A DNA stretch of 64,000 nucleotides, taken from Eledone cirrhosa. Lineage: Eukaryota. Each line of letters begins with the position of its first letter. Positions within the stretch are counted from its first letter, which is position 1. The notes beneath the pieces are model-generated. The model was not told the DNA's origin, did no database searches, and worked only from the letters and a program-made list of their open reading frames with translations. The stretch is from NCBI GenBank assembly GCA_964016885.1, contig OZ024755.1, positions 10,354,001-10,418,000 of the forward strand, in the 5' to 3' direction. Made by a program: the position numbers and the translations under genes. Of this stretch, positions 27,635 through 42,917 are shown in pieces.

Positions 27635-27928
27635 ATGACCGACTCCTTCAGTTTGCACTGCACACCTATGAGTGGGTTCTCTAGATCCCGACCCAGAACA
27701 CCGTATTATGCACGGGAAGAGAAAACTGCCGAGGTTGTGGACCCCACACCGACGGCTAACCCGGGTAATCTAAGTCCCGACTTACAACCCACATACACAC
27801 CAGACTTTCCTAAAACCTGTGGGAACTTACAACTGGAAAAATATACTCTCATAGAACTTCGTGAATATAAAGACCGGAATGTTTACAAGGCACACAATAC
27901 ACATACCAACACAGAATCCATTTGTAAA
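27635..27928 (+). CDS. TRIB2: Tribbles pseudokinase (TRIB2-like), coding exon 1 (98 codons)
   Basis: Pro/Ser/Thr-rich N-terminus, then KYTLIE...VYKAHNTHTNTESICK, which resembles TRIB2 KYLLLE...VFRAVHLHSGEELVCK. Donor AAA|GTAAGT at 27929, phase 0. An in-frame stop at 27581-27583 precedes the ATG. Confidence 0.85.
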
Positions 27929-30900
27929 GTAAGTGCAGCATTTTACCTAAATTGGAATGTTTCTATATATTATACTGTTATTTATTCTGAAACTGGAGTC
28001 ATTTAATCATTGCATAAGGATTTAAAATGGTGTTAATTTCAGTATTGTTGTATCGTGTTTCGTGAAAATTAACTTACCACGAGTAATTTATATATTTGCT
28101 GAGTTGGAGCACATGGAATTTCAACGGTAAAGTTGTAAAAAAAAAAAAAAAAAAAAAAAATGGAATATTCAACATTTAATTGTGGTTCAGAGTTTGCATT
28201 TTTCTTTTACACTTGTGAATTACATTTTTTTTTTTAAATATTAAAATTTTGTATTAGAATGTCAGCTATTTCTTGATAACCTTTCAGATTTTATTTTAAT
28301 TCTACGCAATTACAGATGACATCAGTGTGTGTGTGTGTACTACTATACTATACTCTTGATTTTTTGGTCGTGATTTAAGGACATGATTAGTCAGACTATG
28401 TTGTAGCTAGTGAGTGACACTACCATCTATGTATGACTACTAATAAAATATTTGAATGTTTACGTGGTAGCTGTTTTGCTTGCCGAAGATGGCCCCGCCT
28501 TGCGAAACATTCTTGAAGAGTGACCTCGCTACATTTCAGCTTGAATAGCGAGTTTCAAATGCCACAAGTTATAATATAATGCAGCTATATATAAACACAA
28601 AGAGCCTACTGATAAAACTGTGACGTAAGTTCTATTAGAACTAGTATATCCAAATATCCAATTATTTAGTTATGGTCCTAAAGAGGTAAATAGGCAGTTG
28701 GTATTCAAATGATTTTAGTTTTAGTTTTATTGATATCTTTTTTACTTTCGTTCTCATTCTCATTCTGGAAATTACGCAGTTAAAACCTTATTTGATGTTG
28801 AATAGAATAGAGATCGCCAGAGATTGACATAGATATTCTACTTGTAAAATGGATATTATATAGAGAGTTGGGGTTTTAGTGATCCCGAAATCTGTCGAGT
28901 GAGAGAACCCAACCCTTTTTTCGTGCCCTAATTAACGGCCTCGTGGTGCTGCTTCTATGGCAAACTAGCAGTATAGACTACAGGTATTTTATCCAACTTA
29001 GAAAGGGAGGAAGCTATAATTGAATCCCAGCCTGGGAGTTTTGTGAGGTGGAAGACAAAAGGAGTAGCAACAGTCCTCGATGATAAATGGGTACATATTT
29101 CAAGCAAATGTTTCTTCTCATTCCTCTCAACGTCCACTTATCTGCTGATACGCTGCGTCTAGATATGCTTTCATTTTGCGCATATAGAAATTTGGCGAGC
29201 TTCTTCGTTGTCATCGACCGGCTAGAAAAAGCAGCCAAATTTCCCTCAAATCAAACCCTAGAGTCCTTCAAAAGGAAAGACATTAGAAAAGGGTGGGATG
29301 GTCAAATGTGGATCATCTTTGATCATAGGTTTGCGCCACCAGGGTTTGACCTGGGCTGAACTATATATAATTCAGCCCAGGTCAACTTATATATATAATT
29401 ATAAGGCTTATATGTATAAATCGTGTTTAATGTCTTTAGTTTCACATCATACAATACTTAATGTAGCCACAACTGAAGTAAACTCTGAAATTTTCTAGAA
29501 GTAGTCGGGTTACCGCGTAATGACGACGAATAGACATGAATTTCATTGAATGATTAACTGAAAGAGAGAGAGAGAGACATACATGAGGGAGGGTGTTGTG
29601 TAAGGTAGATTATCTCAGCAGGCATAACTGTTGAATGCCTTCCTCTAGCTAGCTTTACTCCAAACACTAGTTACTAGTTCTACCAGAATTACATATATAT
29701 TGCGTCATCGTTCATTTGGCTGTTGCTCTGTCACTGAACGAACGAATCACTGAGTTAATCGATATTTCGATATCTTGACTCTGTTGCAGAATAATACATG
29801 AGCAGGTTAGCAGAATGTCGAACAAAATGTCTTGTGGTATTTAGTTACCGCTTTTTACGTTCTAAGTTCTAATCCCACCGTAATCAATTTTTCCCTTGAT
29901 ACTTCGAGTCGACAATGTGTCAGTTCTGGATTGAGATCGATATAATCGACTATATTGATTCTCCAAATGTGGGTGAAAGTTTTTAATATTGTACGTTTGT
30001 ACATAAATCTAAGTGTATTAATATATATTTCGTTTGTATAAACAGACTGGCATTCACTTTATAAAGTGGTGGAGTATTTTAACTTTTCACAAAGTGAAAC
30101 AGTACTGCTAATACTTTCATTATTAGATTATACAATAATTTCATTATTTTGTAATAGAGGCGATGTCTATTTCCTCTTAATTTGTAATATCCTGTAATGA
30201 TTCAGCAGAAAATATCTAAAAATGAGTTTGTTAGTTCAAATGTTTAGAGTATCTTTACTTCTGCACATAGTTGTTTAATGCGAAGCAGTCATAGTACTGT
30301 TTCGTACTTTTCAAGAATGTCTTGCTAATGCGGTTTCATGTGATACAGGACGCTATTTGTCGTAGATATTTGTTTGGATGTAATATCACCAGTAAATCTA
30401 TGAAATATATCAGTGTAGTCTACGATGGAGGGTGGCAGGTAAGGATTTTAGATGCATTGTATAGAGCTGTGATGGATATTATATGTACGTAAAACGAGCT
30501 TAACCTTTAACCCTGCTTAGTAAACGGAGAGGGGTGGAATAGATCGTGGTGAGACAATAAATAGTGTTGTTGTGAGTGAACGTCATAACCTAGTTAAGGA
30601 CAGACAGGGTATGTGGTGTTTGTAATATAGAAACGTACAGATAATACAGGTAGTTTCTAGAGATATCGAAGGGAAATAACTGTAATAGTAAGAGAGGGTG
30701 TGTCTATGATTTAAAGGGAGCAATTATTACTAAAGACGATTAAACAAAAATCACATTTCATTTAACAAACACCATAAATAATAGTAGTTAAAGTAATTTA
30801 ATGAATAATATTTTAAGTCTCTTAGAAACTAATACCTGATTTGTACACAATTTATATGATGGTGTTACGATTGCCAGAAAAAATCTCGTTTATTAAAAAA

Positions 30901-31301
30901 AAATTTATTAAGGCACAAAGAACTGCATTAGTTCGTTAAAACATTTTATCAACTAAGCTGGACAAAAATTAAATAAATTAACACTTTGTAGTACATTTAG
31001 TACGATCATCTAGCATTTTTCACAATGAAACGTGGTATGATGTAGATTGAAAACAGTAAAATAGTTTTCATATTAGTTGATAAAGAACAAAGGAGATTTT
31101 ATAAGTTTTGTGTACACCTCCCCCCAAATTAATCTCTTTGTCTCTCTCTCTTATATATATATATGTGTGTGTGTGTGTAATTATAACTCGATATTCTGAC
31201 TACCCACATAATATGGGAAGGGAAGAAGTTTCTTCGCATTAACTTGAGCAGAAACACGTGCGTGCGTAAAATGGGTTATAAGTGAACACGCACATGGGGG
31301 C

Positions 31302-31345
<44 letters not shown>

Positions 31346-31810
31346 TCACACACACGTGTACTGATCAATAATGTTGAACCATTCCTGTGTTCCTAAGGTA
31401 TTGCATTTTCTACTGAAAATGTCATTGTCACAACACACTACCATTTTCAGTTGTATCAGAATATCTACAGTAAGATTCCTCTTGCAGCATCACAGAAGCT
31501 GGCAGTTAAACACACGATCATAATTCTTCTGGTTAATGTATTTAAACCAAACTCGCGTTATGGACATGAATTATTAAATAAACCTTGCTATTTTATTTAC
31601 AATCTCATATTTCTTTGTATATAATTTCATCATTAGATGGTGTGTGTGTATATGATGAGGGATGTTAAGCTGGCTGCATGTGAAGTCTAGTAAAATATCA
31701 AAGGATTACCCAAACTGCAGTTTGTAAATGCGACAAACAGACCTGTAATAGGTTAAACGCTCACTCATGTGGGTGAGTATTCTTTTAAGTGGGAAGTAGC
31801 AAATTATATA

Positions 31811-31884
31811 CAGGGTGTCCCCCAAAATGTATACACACTTTGATTAGAATGTTGAATGTGTATCCATTTTTGGGGGACACCCTA
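31811..31884. mobile_element. Tc1/mariner-type mini-MITE
   Basis: TA-CAGGGTGTCCCCCAAAATGTATACACA ... TGTGTATCCATTTTTGGGGGACACCCT terminal inverted repeats. Confidence 0.65.
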
Positions 31885-32207
31885 TGCATATATGGGTAGT
31901 ATGAATGACTATAAGGTAAAACACGAAGAGGATTAGTTTTGTGATGTTCTAAATTACTAATTCTATTTCATTGTTTAATCATTAATAGTTTATTTATAAT
32001 CTTCCTGTCGGGGTGGAAAATATTAATAGAACGAATTACTTTTACTAAATATAAAATAAACAAACGGAGGGTTAATTTTTGGACTTTGTCGCTATAGTAA
32101 ATTCTATTTTATTGTTTGACCATTAATGGTTAATCTATAACGTCTTCGTCATTGCATTCTTTCCCATACACACAATTCTTTGCCAGATGTCAGACAAATG
32201 TGTGGGA

Positions 32208-32252
<45 letters not shown>

Positions 32253-32706
32253 GTGAGAGCTTTGATGTCATTAATGACGTGAGGATGTGTATCTGTCACA
32301 TGTTGTTCATATGCGAGTCTGTGTCTGTGTGTTTAACATAACCTATCCGGTTTGTGTGACTGGATTCTCTTTCTCTCTCTAAACCCATCATACACGTATT
32401 TAGTTACTCATCACACATGCACACGCTATTATTCACATTCAATCACAATTTTTCATTCTGGATTGATCACTGAGAAATCGGTAATCCTTCGTTTTAAGAT
32501 CACATACAACTTCTGGTAATTTCCGTGAGTGAAAAACAATTATTAAAAAGAAAAAGGTTACCAACGAAATAATTATCTACAACCTTCGAAAAATGTTTCT
32601 TTATAACTATTTCATCATAACTTCTTTGATATTGTATATTTTGCAGAGATACTTTCGAAGATGTAAATTACGATAATGTTTATAAAAATTCAAAAATAAA
32701 TATGTA

Positions 32707-32782
32707 CAGTGTGTTCCCCAAAAATGTATACACACTTTAATTAGAATGCTGTTGAAGTGTATGCATTTTTGGTGACTCTCTC
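32707..32782. mobile_element. Second, diverged copy of the Tc1/mariner mini-MITE
   Basis: TA-CAGTGTGTTCCCCAAAAATGTATACACACTTTAATTAGAATG...GTGTATGCATTTTTGG matches 31811-31884. Confidence 0.55.
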
Positions 32783-34914
32783 TCTTTATTTTAACTCCCA
32801 GAAGTTGTGATATTAAAACAAAGGGTTACCGAGAATATTGATATTGTTACCTATATATATATATATATATCCCTCCAATGTATGTGTGTATGCATGTATG
32901 CATATTTAATCGCAAATACTTTCAGGTGTTAAACACCTGGTTTATTTGTATGGGCATGTCTGTAATATAGGTTTTCCATTCTCACGTTAGAAGTGATTGT
33001 TTCGATATATTGAACTTATCGGCTACAAATTAACTGTACTCGATAGCATGGGTGTTTCGCCTGCTTTTTCTTACCAACCAGGTATTCTGCCACATACATA
33101 CATGCGCGCGCGCGCACAATCTCTCTCTCTCTCTCTCTCTCTCATATGCAATAACCATATTAAGAAGACACTCATTGCCATAATTAAACACCACAACGGA
33201 ATTTTGATAACTTCAGCACGAGTGAAGATGTGAAACTAAAGAGACATAACTCTTACTAGAAAAGAAAAAAATCGTGAAAATTCCACCGAATAGATTGTTT
33301 AGCCTCAGATCAGCTCTAAACCATTCCAACCTTAGCCATCACTAGTGGTAGATTAAGGTGGGACGGTGAGAGTATTGACAGGGCTGAAACCATGGGCCCC
33401 GAATTAATTTTATTTTTATTTTCGCTACACTATGCAAGGACCCCTATGAAATGTCCAGGCAGGGTCTTCTTGTAAGCTTAATCCGGCCGTCTCACTATCT
33501 TGCGGACTCCAGAATAATATTATGTCTTTATTTGCACATGACACGTTGTTAAATTGAACCCGGAACTCATACACATGGTTTGCGAAGCTCAATTCGTTAA
33601 CTACATGCCTGCCTCTAATTTCTCCAAATTATTCCCTACTACTGTCTTAAACTATCGATCTGTTTCAATCAGGTTTGACATGGAAACAATCAGCACATCG
33701 ACCGATATGGTTAAATTGATACAGAGAGAGAGATTGGGGGTGGAGTTGGCTTGAAAGAGTAGTTGAAATGGCTGGTTGGTTGGTTTTGAAAAGAAAAACC
33801 AACAAAACAAAATAAAGAAAGGTCAATAAACTTTTCCTTTCCGACCAGCTTCTAAGCAACTAGTGCTATTGTAGACATTTCTCTGAACTATTATTGATTT
33901 TTGTGGCTTTTATTACTGTTTTATTGGTTCCAGCCACTGGTCTGTAGTCATGCTGAGAGAGTATTTTACTCTGCAGTGATGTGATGCGATATTGGGTTGG
34001 GTTGGCAGTGATTTCAATGGTCTCATGCTTCATGTGAATGTACTATTTCTTTTTCTTTTTTCATTTTTGCTGTTTAGTCAGGAAGGGAAGGGCAGTTGTT
34101 AGTTCCCCCCTCTCTCTCTCTCTTTTCAGTGTCTCTGGGAGTGGTGGGGAAGAAGGCGTATCCTCAAACTGGTCATCTGGTCCGAATGTTTGCTAGTGTA
34201 GAGACACTGTTAAATAAATCCAAGAGTCCAGGTGTTGGTATTAAAACAGAGGGAGAGATTAAGACTACCCACTCCCACAAGCTTGACTAGTGGGGGTTTG
34301 AGGAAAGCACTGTCGGAAACCCCGCTAAGACACCCAAGGTGGTGTCAAACCAGGTGAAGGATTAAGTCTAACCCACCCCACCACTACCACCAGTTATTCT
34401 GAGTCGAAGCCTTAACTTGTTCCAGTATTTCCCATAACTGTTTAGTTTAGTCTTTCTCCTTCTCACTGCAACACTACCTGATAAGATCACTGACCTCCTA
34501 CATAGCTACCTCTATTTACATACATCCTGCTTATTTAAAAGACACCTGTACGTTAGTGATTGGTCACATGTGTGTGTCTGGGTGTCCATACATTATATAT
34601 GTAAACTGTTCAGAACAACATATGCAGAAAATTCATTACACACATGTATGTATCGCATATTTTAAGGAGGGCCTGTGGAAGCTATAGGCATTTCCCCTTC
34701 CTTTAGATCTACAAGTAAAGAGGGAAAAATGAATTTATGGGAAATTGAACTCAACGCCTGAAAAATCGCAACTATCTAAAAACAGACACACACACACACT
34801 CACTCACACTCACACACAAACACACACACACACACACACTCAGTTCAAACCAATGGTTGCATCGGTTTAAAATATCCACCCTGTTCAAACTAGTTCTAAC
34901 CACCCTAGTTTTAA

Positions 34915-35062
34915 TGGTTTCAGGTTTAGGCACAAGGGCCAACAATCTTGGGAGAGGGGAAAGTCGCTTAAATCGATCCCAGTGCATTACTGGTACTTTA
35001 TTCATCCTGGTACACAAGGATGAAAGGCAAAGCTAACCTCGGCGGGATTTGAACTAAGAATG
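34915..35062 (-). mobile_element. SINE
   Basis: GGCACAAGGGC...CCCAGTGCATTACTGGTACTTTATT...GGATGAAAGGCAAAGCTAACCTCGGCGGGATTTGAACT. Confidence 0.65.
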
Positions 35063-36859
35063 TCACCACTCTTGTAATAAGTAATCAACTGTATTAGCGT
35101 CTCGTTTAGTGTTCGAAAAAATCCTCCACGCAGTCTCACTTTTCTCTTTCACTCGTTCTCGATCAACCCCAGTTTTTGCTCAACCCACGAACAACTACTG
35201 CACCTCTCTCTTTCTCTCTCTGCATTCCTTTACAGTCCATTTTTAACCACTCCTCATCTACAAGCCCACTACAATTCTATTAAATAAAAACAAACCTCAC
35301 CCACTTAATCCTTCTATAAATCAGTTTCTCAACCATTTTTGTCCTACGTTCAAATATAGGTTAGTTGGTCCCTCCTTAGATTAACTTATACTTTGTTTCT
35401 TAAGGACTAGTCTCATCAGACCTCCCTCTATCATGGTGTCCTTTACTGTGGTAATTAAGGTAACCGTTTTACAGCCGAGCGATTGTTTTCTGGGGCTAAA
35501 TATACAAATTGAACAAATGTTGGAGTCCAGTACTTCATCTTCACTGGTTTTGTCAAGTCTCTCTTTATCCTTTCGCTTTCTTTAATGAACCCTGTAACTC
35601 CTTAGATAATTTGCGAGCAACCCCTAAAACCTTTTCATGTAATATATTAGATGTCATCAATCTGACAGATCCCATTTCTCTCTAAACTATAACGCTAGGA
35701 ACCTACAGTAAGTTCTAGTGATCCACCCTATTTTTCCACCCCGCTAAGTGGTACTGAAGCCATTCTAATATTTGTTTTTTCTTACATGGAATTGCTGTGA
35801 GTGGAGGGGTGATGGTGTATCTAGGTCACAGCTCTAATTACATGCAGTTATGATGTGCCCTAGTATGCAACAAGTTTCAAGCAAGCTCAAAAATATTTGG
35901 CTGTTGTTTTCAGTCAAAACCCAGTTTTTGTTAGTGGTTCCATTGCTAGAATATTCAGTGTGTTGTCAAGAAAGGTAAAAGTTGATAGATTTGAGGGAGA
36001 CGTTTAGAAGAAAAAAATCCTCCAAATGTAAATTGCGTTTAGGAGGGCTAATTAATTTAAGTAATTAACTCTATGGTGTTACTCCAAAATGCAAGCGTGG
36101 CTGGACTTGGTAAACCGACACATTTCTCTTGCATGTCCAGAAACTTGTATCTAATATTAACTATGATATCCATAGTCTATGTAACTAGGGTTCAGTTTCT
36201 AAACGCTTTCCTTTATCGTAAATTTGGGGAAGAAATAGGTATCTAATTGCACGCGGAACTAAAAATAAAATTTAGACTTTTGCATGATTAGCTGGCTCTC
36301 TACGAGGTTGAATCTCATAGGTGAGGTTTTTTTCTTTCATGGTGTTACAACGATAGGGACCCTGGCTCTATCATGAGAAGTAACGTGAAATGGTGTCTTG
36401 AATTGTGAGCGAGAGACTTGACAAAAGCATTACGATAAATTATTGAATCTCACTGGGCCCCGCACGTACTCTGGATTTTATAGGCAAGGTTCCACATATG
36501 GAGTCTGCCAGATTCTAGACATGCAGATGTCTTTAAGATACCTAAATGTAGTTAAAGGAAGGGTTGGAAATGACTTGGTTTTGCAAGAGAAATTAACACA
36601 AGCTCATAAGGCTATTATTAAAGAGGACTAACACACCACCGAATGTGTTGGGTCTCCGTCGCTTTCGACGACGGGTTTCAGTTCTTCGAATAACAGGGCA
36701 TCCTATTCGTGAAATTAACATGCACGTGACTGAGCATTCCTGAGACATGCGTACTCTTAAAGTAGTTCTCAGGGAAATCCAGTGTAATATAATGGGTGAC
36801 ACGGCTGAATTAAAGGTACAACTCATGCCAGCTAATGGATTTACCCTAGTTTTAATTAT

Positions 36860-36990
36860 TAGTTTAACTTAGCATTTCATCCTTACAGGGTCGATAAAAT
36901 AAAGTACCAGTAATGCACTGGGACCGACTTAATCAACCTTTTTTCAGCCCTTTAAATTGCTGACCTTGTGCCAAATGTAAAAACAATTAT
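36860..36990 (+). mobile_element. SINE 3' part
   Basis: TTTCATCCTTACAGGGTCGATAAAATAAAGTACCAGTAATGCACTGGG...CCTTGTGCC. Confidence 0.65.
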
Positions 36991-37436
36991 AAAGTTAGTG
37001 CATGAGGCATGAAACCAGTGATGAGAATAGGAAGTTGTCGTTCCTAGATTTGCCAACAGCATTGATGGTATAGATGTAATAAGCTGTTTCACGGAGTCGA
37101 AACAGATTTATAAACCCATGTTCATTGAAAAAAAATTACTTAACTTTACAAATATGTGCGTGCGTGTGAATGTGTAAATAAGTTTATGAATGAATATACA
37201 TGTGTATACGCATGTCTCTGCATGTAAATAACTATTTCCTTTCTTAATGTATATTGCAAATGATGTAATTTGAAGCTTGCACAAAAAATAAACACGATGT
37301 CGATAGTAAAATATATGTGAACTGCATTAACACTTTCCCACTCTAAATTTAATTCAACGTCGTTCGACTTTAATACACTTCTACAGCGGTCTGGTCTTAT
37401 ATATACATAATTTGTAAAGTTGTGTGTGTGTGCCTG

Positions 37437-37493
<57 letters not shown>

Positions 37494-39056
37494 AGTAAAA
37501 TATCTTTAAAAAGTTCAATACGTAAACTGACACAATGGCTCCTACTTAATCCCTTCTCTTTGTCTCTCTCTCCACACATTGTGGTGGTGGTGTGCATGTG
37601 TGTGTTTTAAGCAACGTTGCTACTCATCCCTTGCCAAAAAGGGCTTTCCGTTGTCTGAAATCCCGGGAAAAGACAAAGAACTTAGTAACACTTTCCTTCA
37701 TCCTACCCCACTCATTTACATCACCCACTCCCTCTTTTCTTCGTTTTTACCCCTGGCCTTTTTAGCTTTAAAACTTTTTTGTTTTTATTCGGAATAACTT
37801 AGTAATGAAAAGTCGCAGTTCCTTTCAGTGCTGCACTGTGTCACAGAATAAGAATTTTACTGTCAAGGTATGTTGTGTGTTTGTTTCTCTGCTTGCTAGC
37901 TTAGTGGTTTATATTATCATAGTTAGTTGATAAGCAGACTGGCTGGTCACACACAGTTCACTTACTTCATCACAGTAAAGTTTCCTCTTAGCAAAGCAAG
38001 CTTTGTGTTTGCATATTTATTATACACTTGCCGAGGGGATCCCGACCGATAGTATTCTATCCATTCCTTTCCTTCTCCTCCCTAACAGAAATAAAGAGCG
38101 GGAAAGGGTGTTTTTTTAAAGATAGGGTTTTGAATTGAAGGATACTATTTTCTTTGTGTGTGTAAATGTGTGCTGTAAAAAAGGGGAGAAAACTAAATAG
38201 TTTGTAATATGAGGCAAACTTTTGGAAGTTAGAAACTTTTCCGAACGTAAATTATATCAGATATGAATGAAAGTTTTTAATTTTTTTATAATTCTTCTAT
38301 AATCAGTTCTTTCTTGTTTAAATTTTGCTGAGATTCTTTTTAATTATTATTTTGTATATTTAAATATTTTTTTTAATCTTAATTTGTGTACAATTTTTTT
38401 CTACTGAAATTATTTTTTTTATTTCATTTTATTTTTCTTCCAAACGTTTCTAAAGGTTCCTATCTACCTATGATCCCAGGGGAAATATTTTGAATGGGTT
38501 TTAAATCAAATAAGTACATTACTATTCTTTGTTTCAAATTGTTTTTTTTTTCTTCTTCAAAATCTGTTTAATAAGATTATTTTAAATAATTTCATTTTGT
38601 AAAATGATTTTTAATTAGGAATATTAATTTCTCCTTTAACCATTTTTGAATGATTTTTTTTTTTTTTTATGTTCCAAACACCAGCTTAATATTGAGTTAT
38701 AATAAACTATATCACTTCAAATTATTAATTTTCAAAGTTTTTTGAAAACCATAGGTAATAAATTTCATTTGAAAAATGGTAACAAACATATTTTATTGGT
38801 AAAGGAAATATGCAGTTTAGAAATTTCCTGAAAAGTTTGAAGAATGTAACTCACTTTCCTTACTCAGCAAAATTTGAATTTCTTTGTTTAGTGTTTGGTA
38901 TTTTTACAAGAGTTAAACACGATGTAAAATAGTGATAGGTGTGAGTGATGTTGAACTATTGTTAATGTTGGTAATGGGTAGATGAACATAATTTTATTGA
39001 TGTCATTTTAAAGTTTAATTAGCGCTTTATAATTTTATATTATTTTTAATCTAATT

Positions 39057-39441
39057 AACTTTTTCATTGCTGTATTTCTAATGAAAACAATTAAACTCTA
39101 CAATTTTGAAGGTAATTAATATTTTGGAGGGTTTTAGTATAATATAAACTTTTTAATTATTATGTTGGTGTTTAGAATATACTTTAAAAAATAGTTTTTA
39201 ACAAAATAATGAAGATATTTAGGTAACAATTTAACTTTTTTGTTGCCATAATAAAATAAAAAATTTGAAAGGAGTTAATAATACAGCTGACTTTCTCATT
39301 ATTAAGGTAGTATTCGGAATATAACTTAACACAAGTTTTTATACAGAAGTATGATGGGATATTTTTTTAGATAAATATGAATACTTTACAATGAAATACT
39401 GTATCGTAGAACCAGGGTCGTTTTTGTATTGAAAGGGTTAA
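39057..39441. mobile_element. TTAA-flanked (piggyBac-like) MITE
   Basis: Ends AAAGGG-TTAA. The internal ATTTCTAATGAAA motif is shared with about 3115-3190 and, in reverse, with 40308-40597. Confidence 0.4.
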
Positions 39442-39736
39442 TAGTTTTTTTTTTTTTTAATTTTTTTTTATAAATAAATGTAGTTTATTACATCTACGTA
39501 GACATTTTTCTAGTTTTATTATTTACCATTTTATGTTAGCCTTTGTCGATCCGTTAGAAAATAATTTCTTACTATATTTTCTAGTAATTTCTCATAATAG
39601 CAAATCTGATAAATCCACGTGCGTGATTAACTGGTTTCTTTGTTGACTATATTTCACCGGTGTTACCTCCTCCCCACACATGTGCATTTCATTCACATTA
39701 CTTTTATCATGCTTTCTTTTTAAAACGATATAAGTA

Positions 39737-39770
<34 letters not shown>

Positions 39771-40307
39771 ATGTGTTGTTTGATGTCGTGAATAATGTTA
39801 ACTATACAACCCTTGCATCATATTCAACTACTAAATATATATATGCACACCGTTGAATTTATATTTAGCTTATATTTTGCCTTATTTTTCTTAATTTGAA
39901 CTTGATCTCCTGTTTCTTTTGTTAACCTATTTACGTTGTTTAAATACGGGTATCTATTTCCCTCGAGACAAATTACTACTAAGAATATATTTTAATCAAA
40001 ATAACAATGCTTGTTTTTGTTTGTTTTTTTCCCTTCTCACATGAAAAAAAGTTTTATTTTTCCCCGTCTTCTGTAGAAAATACATAAAACAGAATAAAAC
40101 CAGTTATTTTAGTTTATATAATGGACCCTACATTCCTAAAGAAAAATACGAGATTTCGAAAACCCTTTTTGTTTAGTTGAGATTTTTATCTCACTAGTGT
40201 AATCTCAAGCGATGGATTTTAAGGGGTTGCTTGAGAACAAAGAAATTATAATTGAATTAGAAATGTTGAAGTGTTTCATTGATTTTTAATTCGGTTTATT
40301 CTTATTT

Positions 40308-40597
40308 AAATTCTTTTGATACCAAACCGCATCTGGTTTTATTATATAAAACTGTTTCAAAGTGCTAACTAAAATATATCTAAAATTCTATATAAGAACC
40401 TTTTGAATTTGTTCCAAACAACTTAATGTTAAAGTGTTTATTTTAAAACTTTCCATCATAATTTTATGTTAAGTTGTGTTCCAAATACCAACTTAATATT
40501 TAGAAAGTTATACAGTATTACTAAATCCCTCTAAATTCTTAACTATTTCTAAAAGTTAAGCTGCTTTCATTAGAAATATGGTAACGAAAGGGTTAAA
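40308..40597. mobile_element. TTAA-flanked MITE in opposite orientation to the 39057-39441 copy
   Basis: Ends TTTCATTAGAAATATGGTAACGAAAGGG-TTAA. Confidence 0.45.
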
Positions 40598-41438
40598 TAG
40601 AAAAAAAAACAAAACTTAATTTTATTAAACCTCTTTCCTACTTTTCTTCACGAACACTCATTGTTTTAAGTTTTCGTTTCCCGAAATATTCGCATTATAT
40701 TTGTTGGTTATTTGAAAATTATTACCAAAGCGAAATATAATTAATAAACAATACCATACCATTTAGAAATACAAACTTCTGCAGGCTATTATATATTTGA
40801 TATAGTAGTGGGTGGTGTTTAGTTAGTCTTTAAAATGTCAGCTTGTTTGCTGTTATTTAGTTGCATGTAATAACCACGAGACTGCAGATCAAGTTCCTCC
40901 TATGTGACCCTCTTACATTTTATTTTAGGGATTGTTTTAAACAAAGTATTTTAAATGTAAAAGTTCTTGGTAGCTTTTTCTCAATAATGGTCTCCCCCTC
41001 TCATTCGCTAATATATATATATATGGAAAGTTTAGGTGAGAGTAGGGATATTAAATTTTATTAACCGCTAGTTTAGAGGATTTCTTGGTCTTTCACTAAA
41101 GAAAAGTCGCATTGTTAACTAGACACACACATGAACTCACGAGGCACTCAGCATATTATTAACTTCTCTAATCAACGACATGCATTGTTCAGTGAGAGTG
41201 CTCAATGAGTAATAATGACATGTTGGGGCTATGACCAATATCTGGGAAACAATGAATTTCGAATATATTATCCACATAAAGAAACTATACGTGTATTTAC
41301 CTTACGGTGACTTTCCCTTTTTATATATATATATGTGTGTGTGCGCGTGTATTGGGTTCTGAAGACGGAGAACTTTATAAATGTATTATAATAGTATAAA
41401 TTTATTTTTCTCACAGCATAGCTACGATGTCCTCGAAG

Positions 41439-41517
41439 AACTCAATACATTAAGAAGGTGCATAAATCACTTCTACATGAGTATAACGGTTTCATTCGCT
41501 TGAATTGATCCGGAAAT
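41439..41517 (-). mobile_element. Family A element, highly degenerate intronic remnant
   Basis: ACTCAATACAT...CTTCTACA...GTTTCATTCG matches family A order and spacing. Confidence 0.4.
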
Positions 41518-42768
41518 ATATATAGTATGATTGTTGTGCAAGTTTGTCTAATCTTAACAATGCGTGTGCTTTGTGGAAGCTAGAGAATGCAATATTGGTC
41601 ATCGGGTTGTAATTTTGCGGGAACATTAGGGAAAACTTTTTTCTTTTTCAGTGTCGTGATCTCATGATGTTGGGTTAGGAGGCGGGGCAGAGGAAGAGCA
41701 TTTAGAAAGGAAACGACTATGCTTTGTGGGCAAGTACGGAGAGCGAGGGAAATACAGTGTGAGGTAGTAGGGTGGGAACACCCTTTGTTGGGCAGGTACT
41801 GAGATGGACTTGCAACAAAGAAAAACTGAGGAAAACCCATTGTCTGTTTTGATGTTTTTTTATTTTTAGAGCGAGTTAAGTTGTTCGAGGTTCGGGTGGA
41901 GAAGACAGAGAGAAAAAGATAGCATCACCACCACCCACGTGCTACTGCTGTCACGGTTGGGACATGGAAGGGACGGATGTTCTTCCATCATCTCCGTCGT
42001 TTTTCCCTCCCTTTTTCTCTATTGTTTCCTCCACCCACACCCATGTATACCTACCCAGCCATTGACACACAGAGAATAGCGGTCGATGTCTGGACATAAA
42101 GACTATCACACTCTGTCGAATGATAATAATAATAATAATATTGCAAGCAGTCACCATCATAGACAAGACAGACGGTTTGTGTAGGGATCAGGAGGTGATA
42201 GTTGTAAGAAAGGCAAGGGAAGATTGGGGAAAGGCTAGAAGATATTGAGGGAGAGGGGGAACGAAGCCTGCTTTGTTTAGGTGTAGGCATGACAGCAGAC
42301 AGTAGCACATTGGTCATATATAATCAAGGTGATTGTCGACTCATGCCTTTTCCCTTCGCTCCCTTTTCTTCCCTACTTCTCTCTTTTATTCTCTATCTCC
42401 CGCCTTTTCTTCTCCTCTGCTTCATCCCTATTCTGTCTCTAGGGGACTTTCTCATCTCAGTTACGCATCATGGAAAAATTAAGTTAAAATGACGACAACG
42501 CATGCCTTCTGAAAATAGCTGTCTTCTTATTTGTTTATTTAATGATATTTTGGGCTTTAATCGTAGTCATAGTATAATCGGATTTCGTAAGCAGGGAAAC
42601 GGTTTTCAACCTATTGTTTATTATATCTACGAAGATTAATGAAAATGCCATAAAAACGTTAGCTTGATAAAGTCTTCGAGTTAGCCTTTTAGCAGAAGCA
42701 CAACACAATTTTTAGCCTTGAAATCATTAGATATATATACTTTGATCTATGAAACGAATAGTGTTGAC

Positions 42769-42802
<34 letters not shown>

Positions 42803-42869
42803 TTTTTATTTATTTTTTTTTTTATGTGATCAACCACCAACCAAAGATATAAAACATATTGCCTAACCT

Positions 42870-42917
<48 letters not shown>

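Noticed and set aside
27602-27655. Proximal TATA (TATAAA at 27610) plus TCAGTT Inr as the main promoter
   Set aside because: The spacing of about 40 nt is off and the TATA is part of a short (TA)n run. It cannot be fully excluded.
27929-28006. C-terminal part of ORF 27635-28006
   Set aside because: Read-through into intron 1 past the GTAAGT donor.
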